A stretch of 32,000 nucleotides of DNA, taken from NCBI GenBank assembly GCA_026625185.1, contig CP113000.1, positions 1,545,622-1,577,621 of the forward strand, written 5' to 3'. The stretch's first letter is position 1; each line of letters begins with the position of its first letter. The position numbers were made by a program, and so were the translations under genes. The notes below the pieces were generated by a model. That model was not told the origin of the DNA and made no database searches. It was given only the letters and a program-made list of their open reading frames with translations. Shown piece after piece: positions 24,837 through 32,000 of this stretch. The DNA comes from Thermodesulfobacteriota bacterium. Lineage in GTDB: Bacteria; Desulfobacterota; WTBG01; JAGOGO01.

Positions 24837-25862
24837 CTAAAGACAGGTGTCTAATTCATATCGGAGACTTCTTCCCATAAGATCAGATACCGCTTTGCGC
24901 GGGTCTTTATTTTGATAGAGGATTCGATAAACCTGCTCGACGATAGGCATTTCCACCTTGTGACGTTTCGCAAGCCGGTAAACAGATTTGGCTGTTTTTA
25001 TCCCTTCGGCAATCATTTTCGAGCTTTTTATGATATGATCTAAGCTCATTCCCTGCCCCAATTGGATGCCTACTTTCCGATTTCTGCTCAAAGCGCCGGT
25101 GCAGGTTAAAACCAGGTCCCCCAGCCCGGAAAGCCCCGCAATGGTTAAAGGATTCGCACCCAGGGCAACGCCCAGCCGTGATATTTCAGCTAATCCACGG
25201 GTAATAATGGCAGCCCGGGTATTATCCCCGAAATTTAATCCATCAGAACAACCTGCGGCAATCGCAATAACATTTTTTAATGCGCCCCCTAATTCCACGC
25301 CCCTAACATCATTGCTGGTATAGACCCGAAAAAAAGGAGCAGCAAAAGCTTTTTGTGCCTTTTGCGCGACCTCATGGTCTTCCGCGGCTACCACAACTGC
25401 AGTGGGGTGCTGATGGGCGACTTCTTTAGCAAAACTTGGACCGGAAAGAAAGGCGCTACGGGAAAAAAGATTTTTAGGAAGGATTTTTTTAAAAATATCC
25501 GATATAGTCATTAACGTGTCATTTTCTATGCCCTTAGAAACACTTACCAGAATAGTTTGAGGATCAAGAAACGGAACGCATTTACTCAAAACTTTTCTTA
25601 CTAAATGAGAAGGAACAGCACAGACCACCAGGTCTTTTTTTTGGGAAACTTCAGCAAAAGATTGCGTAGGAAAAATCGAATCCGGGATAAGGAAGCCAGG
25701 CAAATAAAAATGATTTTCCTGATTGGTTAAAAGGTGCTCTAGCACTTCATTTTCATAAACCCACAGGGTGACCTTATGGTCATTATAGGCAAGAAGGGTA
25801 GCGAGAGCAGTACCCCAGCTTCCGGCGCCGACGATTCCGATATTAAGGGGGGAGTTTTTCAT
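24837..25862 (-). CDS. gpsA: NAD(P)H-dependent glycerol-3-phosphate dehydrogenase
   Basis: 341 aa. IGIVGAGSWGTALATLLA, GPSFAKEV and GALKNVIAIAAG are canonical GpsA motifs. Confidence 0.92.
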   Translation of the reverse strand: MKNSPLNIGIVGAGSWGTALATLLAYNDHKVTLWVYENEVLEHLLTNQENHFYLPGFLIPDSIFPTQSFAEVSQKKDLVVCAVPSHLVRKVLSKCVPFLDPQTILVSVSKGIENDTLMTISDIFKKILPKNLFSRSAFLSGPSFAKEVAHQHPTAVVVAAEDHEVAQKAQKAFAAPFFRVYTSNDVRGVELGGALKNVIAIAAGCSDGLNFGDNTRAAIITRGLAEISRLGVALGANPLTIAGLSGLGDLVLTCTGALSRNRKVGIQLGQGMSLDHIIKSSKMIAEGIKTAKSVYRLAKRHKVEMPIVEQVYRILYQNKDPRKAVSDLMGRSLRYELDTCL

Positions 25863-26055
25863 GAGGGACTCCTTTTTTCAGGAAAATTTAGACTAAGATT
25901 TTTTAATACCATCTTATTTGCGCTTGGTCAAGAATGATTGAGAAATAGTTTGCAATAACTCTGGCCTCTTTCTTTTTGCTTGACTTTAATGGCAGAATCT
26001 TCCTAAAGTTTCTCCTGGTTAGATAGTCGGTTACCATGAGGTGATATTTTCTGTT

Positions 26056-26604
26056 ATGATGAGATATTCGGTTTTTAAAACGTTGTTTGGTTGGATGGGA
26101 GTGATGGGAAGTGAAAAGGGGCTTAAAAGGATCATTTTGCCCCATACGTTCCAAGCAGAAGTTAAAAAGATTATTTTTCAGCAATTCCCTAAGATTAAAG
26201 AAGATAATACTTTTTTTAAATCTCTCGCCAAAATTTTGACAAAGTATTTTGAAGGGGAAAAAATTACTCGATTTTTTGCCCTGGATGAGTCGGGTAACAC
26301 GGAGTTTTCCGTTAAGGTATGGAAAGCTACTCAATCCATTCCCTGGGGAGAAGTGAGGAGTTATACCTGGTTAAGCGCTCACATAAAAAAACCGGGCTCT
26401 TTTCGGGCGGTAGGGAATGCATTGGGGAAAAATCCGTTTCCTGTTGTCGTGCCTTGCCATAGGGTAATACGGAGTGATGGAACGTTAGGAGGGTTTTCAG
26501 CTCCTGAAGGAATTTTATTAAAGCAGAGGCTGTTACAACTGGAGGGCGCAATGTTTGATAGCAAAGGAATAGTGATGGGTTTTAAAAAAGAAGGGTACCT
26601 TTAA
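26056..26604 (+). CDS. ogt: Methylated-DNA--protein-cysteine methyltransferase
   Basis: The active-site motif is VPCHRVIRSDGTLGGF, with SYTWLSAHI upstream. The ATG at 26056 is preferred over the GTG at 26041. Confidence 0.9.
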   Translation: MMRYSVFKTLFGWMGVMGSEKGLKRIILPHTFQAEVKKIIFQQFPKIKEDNTFFKSLAKILTKYFEGEKITRFFALDESGNTEFSVKVWKATQSIPWGEVRSYTWLSAHIKKPGSFRAVGNALGKNPFPVVVPCHRVIRSDGTLGGFSAPEGILLKQRLLQLEGAMFDSKGIVMGFKKEGYL

Positions 26605-26653
26605 AAATGTCATTCCTTCCATATCGGGATGCGGGGTAAACTCCAGAAGAGAG

Positions 26654-26745
26654 TCTGCCCTGAACTCGTTACTCGGGGAAGCCAGAACTAAACGAAATTA
26701 CTGTCCTCCCGCCTTCGCGGGAGCTACAGATTGGGAATTATTAGA
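26654..26745 (+). repeat. Hairpin repeat family 2, copy 2
   Basis: The core 26682..26744 (ccagaactaaacgaaattactgtcctcccgccttcgcgggagctacagattgggaattattag) matches 11894..11956. It has the same TCCCGC-cttc-GCGGGA hairpin. It sits in the ogt/M20 intergenic region. Confidence 0.8.
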
Positions 26746-26786
26746 GACACCCTAAGGAAAAACAGAGAAAAAATAGAGGAAGTCCT

Positions 26787-28133
26787 GTGGACATACAGAC
26801 AATTAACTGGCAAGACGTTGAAGAAAAAGCAACCACGTATTTGAGTCAATATCTCCAGATTAATACTACCAACCCTCCGGGAAACGAGATTAAAGGCGCC
26901 CGGTTTTTAAAGGACATTTTTGATCATGAAGGCATAGAAAACGAAATTGTTGAATCCGGCCCTGGCCGGGGAAATCTTGTCGCTCGTATCAAAGGTACCG
27001 GCAACAAACCACCGCTTCTTCTTTTGAGCCATATCGATGTTGTGCCGGCTGAAGAAGAAAAATGGACTTATCCTCCGTTTTCCGGAAAGATCGTGGGAAA
27101 AGAAATCTGGGGGCGGGGGGCTTTGGACTGCAAGTCATTGGGGATCATGGAAACCCTGACGCTTATTCTCCTAAAAAAAACCAATGTGCTTCTCAAACGG
27201 GATGTGGTTATGGCGGCCACTGCCGATGAAGAAAAAGGGGGACAATCCGGGGTTGCATGGCTATGCAAGAACCGCCCGGAGTTCAATCGATTTGAGGTAG
27301 TGATCAACGAAGGCGGGGGGGTTGGACTTGTCCGAAAGACAAAGAATTTTTATCTCTGCCAGGCGGGAGAAAAGGGAGCCTGCTGGTTTCGGATTATTTT
27401 TAAGGGAACACCGGGACACGGCTCAATTCCTCGAGAAGATAACTGCATCCTTGCCTTGGGAAGAAGCATAGAGGCTTTGGGAAGATATCACGCTCAGATT
27501 AAGATGCCACAAATCGTAGAAAGGTTCATTCAGGGTTTTTCCGAAGATGAAGAAATAGCTCCAATTCTGCGAAATCTTTTAAAGGAACCGGTTCGAGCCG
27601 AAGAAATTCTTGAGGCAATGCCTGATGAGGGTTTTAAAAAACTCCTCCTGGCAATGATCCATAATACTTTTGTTCCTACTGTGGTCAAAGGAGGAGAAAA
27701 GGTCAATGTTATTCCGAGTGAATGTTACTGCGAGGTAGACTGCCGGATATTGCCGGGAGAAACGATCGAAGGAGTTAAAAAGGAGATCGCAAGGATTTTG
27801 GATGGCATCCCTCAGTATACGATCCAGGAGATACAGTGCGCTACTGCTTCGGAGTCGGATTTTTCCCACGAGATTGTTAAAATCTTCAGGGAAGCCCTTG
27901 TTAAGCATGACCCAAAAGCCAGGATCATACCGTTTATCTCATCAGGGGCCACTGATTCCCGGTACTTACGCAACGGGAAGACGTTCGCGTTTGGATTTGC
28001 TCCACTCTTGGTTGAAGGAGACCTGGCGCGTCATCAGGATATGGTTCATGGGCATAATGAACGGATAGCGAAAAAAGATCTGGTCTTCGGGATAAAAGTG
28101 CTCTTTGATATTGTGCGGGGTTATTGTGCGTGA
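26787..28133 (+). CDS. M20-family metallopeptidase (ArgE/DapE/dipeptidase-like)
   Basis: 448 aa with a GTG start after AGAGGAAG. Motifs seen are LLLLSHIDVVPA, ATADEEKGG, INEGGG and GATDSRY. Confidence 0.82.
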   Translation: MDIQTINWQDVEEKATTYLSQYLQINTTNPPGNEIKGARFLKDIFDHEGIENEIVESGPGRGNLVARIKGTGNKPPLLLLSHIDVVPAEEEKWTYPPFSGKIVGKEIWGRGALDCKSLGIMETLTLILLKKTNVLLKRDVVMAATADEEKGGQSGVAWLCKNRPEFNRFEVVINEGGGVGLVRKTKNFYLCQAGEKGACWFRIIFKGTPGHGSIPREDNCILALGRSIEALGRYHAQIKMPQIVERFIQGFSEDEEIAPILRNLLKEPVRAEEILEAMPDEGFKKLLLAMIHNTFVPTVVKGGEKVNVIPSECYCEVDCRILPGETIEGVKKEIARILDGIPQYTIQEIQCATASESDFSHEIVKIFREALVKHDPKARIIPFISSGATDSRYLRNGKTFAFGFAPLLVEGDLARHQDMVHGHNERIAKKDLVFGIKVLFDIVRGYCA

Positions 28134-28142
28134 CGTTATTTT

Positions 28143-29057
28143 TTACATTTCCGGGAAGCCCCGATGGAGGCCCAAACTTCGGGCCAGGACGACTACTTCC
28201 TGGTACTCTTGAGGATTTATCCTCCGGTTAAGCTCAGGATAGTAAGCGGATTCAAACTGGGGGTAATACTGGGCCATAATATTTACATAAGATTCCTTGG
28301 ATAATTTTTCGGCAATAAACCTGAGAATTTTTTTTGATCCCGCTAACCCGCCGGGCATAACCAAGTGACGAATTAATACTCCTCGTTCGGCAATGCCTCG
28401 GCGGTTGATTTTAAGAACGCCGGTCTGACGGTGCATCTCTTTTAATATCTGCTTGTTTACCTCAGGATAATCAGCCGCCCGGCAATATTTACGGGCTACT
28501 TCGGGGTCAGCGAACTTTGCGTCGGGCATATAGATATCAACGATGCCTTCCAATAGTTTAATAACTTCCAGAGATTCATATCCACTACAGTTATAAACCA
28601 AAGGGAGACGAAGCCCGCCTTCAATTGCTTTCGGCAAAGCAGCAATAATTTGGGGGGAAAAGTGGGTGGGAGTGACAAAATTGATGTTATGACACCCTCT
28701 TTGCTGGAGGGTTATCATGTGGGTTGCCAGTTCTTCGGTTCCAATCTCCTCGCCTTGCGCCAGATGGCTGATCTCGTAATTTTGGCAAAATACACATTTG
28801 AGGTTACAATAGGTAAAGAAAATGGTTCCGGAGCCGCCGTGGCCGACCAAGGGCCGTTCTTCACCAAAATGGGGAAAAACACTGGAGACGACCAGGACAC
28901 TCCCCGCTCCGCAAACTCCAACTTCCCCTTTCAGGCGATTTACTTTGCATTCTCGAGGGCAAAGAGTGCATGATTCGAGAATCAATAGTAACTGCTTGAT
29001 TTTGTTTCCCAGTTCACCTGATTCGTATAGCTCGATATAAGCTGGAATAAAAGCCAT
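28143..29057 (-). CDS. Radical SAM protein, PflX-like (pyruvate formate-lyase activase homologue)
   Basis: 304 aa. The radical SAM motif is CNLKCVFCQN (CxxxCxxC). An N-terminal extra Cys motif, SCTLCPRECKVNR...GVCG, is typical of the COG1313/PflX group. Confidence 0.8.
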   Translation of the reverse strand: MAFIPAYIELYESGELGNKIKQLLLILESCTLCPRECKVNRLKGEVGVCGAGSVLVVSSVFPHFGEERPLVGHGGSGTIFFTYCNLKCVFCQNYEISHLAQGEEIGTEELATHMITLQQRGCHNINFVTPTHFSPQIIAALPKAIEGGLRLPLVYNCSGYESLEVIKLLEGIVDIYMPDAKFADPEVARKYCRAADYPEVNKQILKEMHRQTGVLKINRRGIAERGVLIRHLVMPGGLAGSKKILRFIAEKLSKESYVNIMAQYYPQFESAYYPELNRRINPQEYQEVVVLARSLGLHRGFPEM

Positions 29058-29070
29058 ATCCGTATTTTAT

Positions 29071-29224
29071 TACCAAGTTGCATTCAAAAGCAGATCGAGG
29101 CGGCGACTAGGAATCGACACAGGCCCCTTCACCCTATCCTTCTCTCCAGTGGGGAGATGGGTGGGTGAGGGGAAGAGTATGGCGAGGAGACAACAAAGAC
29201 ATGCACTTGAAGGCGCCTTGGTAT
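29071..29224 (-). repeat. MITE-like element, copy C (full length, inverted relative to A and B)
   Basis: Its reverse complement aligns to copy B end to end. It is flanked by TA on both sides of CCAAG...CTTGG. It lies 13 nt after the pyrE stop and 13 nt before the radical-SAM ATG. Confidence 0.85.
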
Positions 29225-29237
29225 GGTAAAGTTTATC

Positions 29238-29798
29238 TCATCCTTGCTCGTGAAATCGCATGAGATCACTAACCGTAAACAGCGCTTCTACCTTAACCCC
29301 TTCCTTTTCGATATTATGTTTGCCTTCTTCTTCCTCCCGGTCTACCAGGACCATGGCTTTTACCACAACAAGCCCTCCTTCTCGCGCTCTTCTCATAGCG
29401 TCAATGGTGGACGCGCCGGTGGTGATAACATCATCAACAATGACGACTCGGTCGCCTTCTTTTACATCACCCTCGATCCATTTTTTAAGACCATGGCCTT
29501 TAGGTTCTTTCCTGATCCAGAAGGATTTTATTTCTTTGCCGTGCAGATAACTGGCGTACGAAACCGCATCAGCAATCGGGATGGCTCCTGTCTCAGGCCC
29601 GCCAATAGCCACGACATTAAGGTCAACGATTTTTTTGAACATGAGTTGGGAAATAAGGTATTTGGCTTTCGCGAGGCTGGTAACCACCCGGCAGTCAATG
29701 TAATAGCTGCTCATTTTTCCGGAGGCAAGTTTGAAGGTTGCTTCTTCACTGAACTTAAACCCTTTTTCATAGATCAATCGCAACAGTTCTTTTTCCAT
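29238..29798 (-). CDS. pyrE: Orotate phosphoribosyltransferase
   Basis: The start is at MEKELLRLIYEKGFKF (ATG 29798..29796); the longer track ORF to 30014 overlaps the upstream gene. The PRPP-binding loop is VVIVDDVITTGAST. It also has FKLASGKMSSYYID. Confidence 0.9.
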   Translation of the reverse strand: MEKELLRLIYEKGFKFSEEATFKLASGKMSSYYIDCRVVTSLAKAKYLISQLMFKKIVDLNVVAIGGPETGAIPIADAVSYASYLHGKEIKSFWIRKEPKGHGLKKWIEGDVKEGDRVVIVDDVITTGASTIDAMRRAREGGLVVVKAMVLVDREEEEGKHNIEKEGVKVEALFTVSDLMRFHEQG

Positions 29799-29811
29799 AA
29801 GTCGTTCCTTT

Positions 29812-30594
29812 TTAATGAATATATTGGGGCCCTTTATCTTTTTCTTGTTCAGGAAGTTCCTGAGGAGAGAATTTTTCCTTGATCTGGGTAAGATAGTTAT
29901 CAATCTCTTTTTCCATATAGCGGGTGAGCGTGGAGAGTTTGGAAAAATCGAGCGAAAGTTTAAAAAGCTGGCTGAAGACTTCAAGCGCCGCCCAGGACGC
30001 TTTAGGGTTTTCAATTTGGGCAGCGTAGAAGGGGATTTCGCCTAAAAGGCACGCCCCTTCAAAATGTGCTTGTTGTGCGATTCCCAAAAATACGCCGTTT
30101 AGCCCTCCGATGTGTCCAGCATGGAGAATATTAAGGTTGAGCTTTTGAAGCTGCTTGAGCATCCCGGGGGAAGTGGCGATTCCCCAGACTCCCGGCTTAA
30201 CCCGATGGTCAATCGTGGATGTCAGGGCCGCGAAGGTGAAAATTTTTTTCACCCCGGCTTGTTTTGCAACGTCTAATATAAGGTTGGAAAATTGGATTTC
30301 TTTTCCGGCAATGGGTTGAGCGTCGCTTAAGAAAATGAGAAGATCATTTTTTTGGTCTTTGTTTTTCCAAAAATAAAATTTGCTTTCCGGCAACCGAATG
30401 TTTTCTATTAATGCATTGCGGATGGAGATCATGGGGATGGGAAAAAAATCTTGGGGTTCGATCTTCTGATATTCCTGGGCGTTTAATTCCTCCCGGAGGT
30501 AATGCGCTGCCTTGAGAGCGACATTTCCCATTCCGGGCCAGGCAGCGATAAGAATCGGATTATTCAGGTGCGGGAGTTTTGTTTTTTTAATCAT
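29812..30594 (-). CDS. PAC2 (proteasome-assembly-chaperone-2-like / COG1938) family protein
   Basis: NPILIAAWPGMGNVALKAAHYLREEL is the characteristic N-terminal strand-loop-helix of PAC2-family proteins. The ATG at 30594 is preceded by GAAGG; the track starts at the TTG at 30600. Confidence 0.5.
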   Translation of the reverse strand: MIKKTKLPHLNNPILIAAWPGMGNVALKAAHYLREELNAQEYQKIEPQDFFPIPMISIRNALIENIRLPESKFYFWKNKDQKNDLLIFLSDAQPIAGKEIQFSNLILDVAKQAGVKKIFTFAALTSTIDHRVKPGVWGIATSPGMLKQLQKLNLNILHAGHIGGLNGVFLGIAQQAHFEGACLLGEIPFYAAQIENPKASWAALEVFSQLFKLSLDFSKLSTLTRYMEKEIDNYLTQIKEKFSPQELPEQEKDKGPQYIH

Positions 30595-30738
30595 GCTCAA
30601 CCTTCAGGTATAAGGTTTTATTTTTTTAATAATTTTTAATAATAATTATAAACTTTTTAATTTACTATACCTCATCTCGGCGATAACCACAAAGAAGAAA
30701 AAAATAACGAGTTTTTAAAACAGAGCCTTGTTTTTTAT

Positions 30739-30767
30739 TTGACTTTTGATAGGGCAAGAGGTTAAAT
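30739..30767 (+). promoter_or_regulatory. Putative sigma70 promoter
   Basis: TTGACT (30739..30744), a 17-nt spacer, then TTAAAT (30762..30767). This would give a leader of about 195 nt before the ATG at 30972. Confidence 0.3.
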
Positions 30768-30971
30768 TGCTATTATTTTCAAAATATTAACCTATACGTT
30801 CAGGAAAAAAATCAAACAAGGACTTTGGAGGAGCGTGGGTGTTTGTGATTTTCTAAAAATAAAATAGGCCGAATTGCCAATGGGTGGTGCGGCCTTTGTC
30901 TTTGGACGTGAAGGGACTTGTACTAACAGGTTTACGGTTTTGATCGGCAATAAAGATTAGAAAGGAAAATT

Positions 30972-31556
30972 ATGAGAGAGATGAAAATAGGAGATTGGTT
31001 AAAGGAGGGCTTTGAGGCCGTAAAATCGGATGTTATCGGGTATGCCTTGCCCGCGTTAATCATTTGCGGTGTGTGTCTTACGGGAATCGGTATTCTTATC
31101 GTGGGGCCTTTGCTCTGCGGCTTTTATTATATAATCTTTCAACGAATGAAGGGACAGCGGGCTACCACCGGCGACCTGTTCAAAGGCTTTGATGTGCTTT
31201 GGGATGCTCTTTTAGCATGGGTTTTCATTTTTGCAGTAACTTTCATTGTTGGTCTTGTTCCTTTTTTGGGTATTATTTTGAGCTTACTGGCGGGCGCGCC
31301 TTTTATTTTTGTCTTTCCCCTGATTTTGGAAAGACGTCTTTCTTTTATTGACGCGATCAAAGAAAGTTTGCAGCTTTTCAAGGAACAATGGTCTGATCTA
31401 ATTCCTTTTTATGTGGTCGCGTCACTGGTTGGCGTTGCAGGGCTTTTATTAGTCGGCATAGGGGTGATCTTCACGTTCCCTATCTATGTGTACGCAACCG
31501 CCTGCCTCTATCGCGATTGGATTGGACTTGGGGCACCAACGATAAATTCGAAATAG
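30972..31556 (+). CDS. Integral membrane protein (about 4-5 TM), unknown function
   Basis: 194-aa ORF after AGAAAGGAAAA. It has an amphipathic N-terminus and long hydrophobic helices, with GPLLCGFYYIIFQRMKG and a FKGFD loop. Confidence 0.55.
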   Translation: MREMKIGDWLKEGFEAVKSDVIGYALPALIICGVCLTGIGILIVGPLLCGFYYIIFQRMKGQRATTGDLFKGFDVLWDALLAWVFIFAVTFIVGLVPFLGIILSLLAGAPFIFVFPLILERRLSFIDAIKESLQLFKEQWSDLIPFYVVASLVGVAGLLLVGIGVIFTFPIYVYATACLYRDWIGLGAPTINSK

Positions 31557-31618
31557 CAACGAATCTCGAGCAAACACCTTAAGGTTGGTATGCGGTAACA
31601 ATTTCGCCACTTGCATTC

Positions 31619-31647
31619 TCTCCAAAGCGGAGATAAGTTTTTATTTT
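31619..31647 (+). terminator. Weak rho-independent terminator candidate
   Basis: TCTCC-aaagc-GGAGA (5-bp stem) is followed by taagTTTTTATTTT. It lies 63 nt after the stop of the 30972 ORF. Confidence 0.3.
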
Positions 31648-31741
31648 GGTTGCACGTCGTTTAACCCATTACTCCACCGGGGGTAACGTTTGATGGGCAT
31701 GATGTTAACGTCACGTATCTAAGGAGAAAGGGACGTTTACC

Positions 31742-32000
31742 ATGAAAGTTTATTGCAATTATCACCCAACCAAACCGGCACTTTGGATGTGTCCTGCCTG
31801 TAATGTTTATTATTGTGAACACTGCATTGCAAAGAATGTTTTGCAGGTTTATGGGGTGGCGAAGGACTACCATGTTTGTCCCAAGTGTAACGCCCGCGCA
31901 AAACAACTTGCGTTGGGGAATGTAATTGAGCCTTTCTGGAAAAGACTTCCTAAAATTTTTCTCTATCCTTTCCATCTTCGCTCGTTTATCTTTATTGTTG
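31742..32000 (+). CDS. B-box-type zinc-finger membrane protein (partial; continues beyond window end)
   Basis: Hand translation after the RBS TAAGGAGAAAGG gives MKVYCNYHPTKPALWMCPACNVYYCEHCIAKNVLQVYGVAKDYHVCPKCNARAKQLALGNVIEPFWKRLPKIFLYPFHLRSFIFIV. A Cys/His-rich N-terminus is followed by the onset of hydrophobic helices. Confidence 0.55.
   Translation, partial: MKVYCNYHPTKPALWMCPACNVYYCEHCIAKNVLQVYGVAKDYHVCPKCNARAKQLALGNVIEPFWKRLPKIFLYPFHLRSFIFIV

Noticed and set aside
25903-26334. 143-aa minus-strand ORF
   Set aside because: It is antisense to ogt, which carries the PCHRV active site. The rest covers the AT-rich gpsA/ogt divergent promoter region, and the composition is K/F/N-biased.
29223-29882. 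219-aa plus-strand ORF
   Set aside because: It is antisense to pyrE, which has a clear PRPP-binding loop. This is a typical shadow ORF.
29799-30014. N-terminal 72-aa extension of the pyrE ORF given in the track
   Set aside because: It overlaps the 3' end of the PAC2-family gene in another frame and is basic and low-complexity. OPRTase homology begins at MEKELL (ATG 29798).
31661-31975. 104-aa minus-strand ORF
   Set aside because: It is antisense to the B-box zinc-finger ORF, which has a strong RBS and a Cys/His pattern.
1-32000. Search by eye for CRISPR arrays, tRNA/rRNA genes, and transposase, integrase or phage genes
   Set aside because: I saw no regularly spaced direct repeats, no tRNA T-arm-like GGTTCGAATCC motifs in the intergenic regions, no rRNA-like stretches, and no ORFs with transposase or integrase motifs.

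Overview
This is a 32-kb chromosomal window from an apparently uncultivated, moderately AT-rich bacterium. It is densely packed with about 30 mostly housekeeping genes on both strands. Confident calls are nth, a rhomboid protease, recJ, ald, gpsA, ogt, pyrE, cutA, a nitroreductase, an M20 peptidase, a PflX-type radical-SAM protein, an MFS transporter, an Smr protein, a lipoprotein amidase and a secreted SLT-domain protein. There is also a minus-strand ferrous-iron uptake operon (DtxR/MntR-like regulator, FeoB G domain, FeoB membrane domain, DtxR-FeoA/SH3 protein, unknown Cys protein) and a 1401-aa double-activase fusion protein. I saw no rRNA, tRNA, CRISPR array, transposase, integrase or phage genes, and I could not find a convincing intact multi-gene novel system. 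Five things stand out beyond the ORF track. (1) A ~153-bp MITE-like element with terminal inverted repeats and a central hairpin occurs three times (690..821, 11060..11212, 29071..29224). One copy is truncated exactly where an FKBP/SlyD-like gene is truncated. (2) A second short hairpin repeat family supplies the last codons and the stop of a zinc-ribbon ORF. (3) feoB is split exactly at an A7 homopolymer. (4) A DtxR-box-like operator overlaps the predicted feo promoter. (5) A small AT-rich islet (18884..19914) holds a SIR2-like N-terminal remnant next to a nucleotidyltransferase-fold gene. All functional assignments come from motif recognition by eye. No database search was run.
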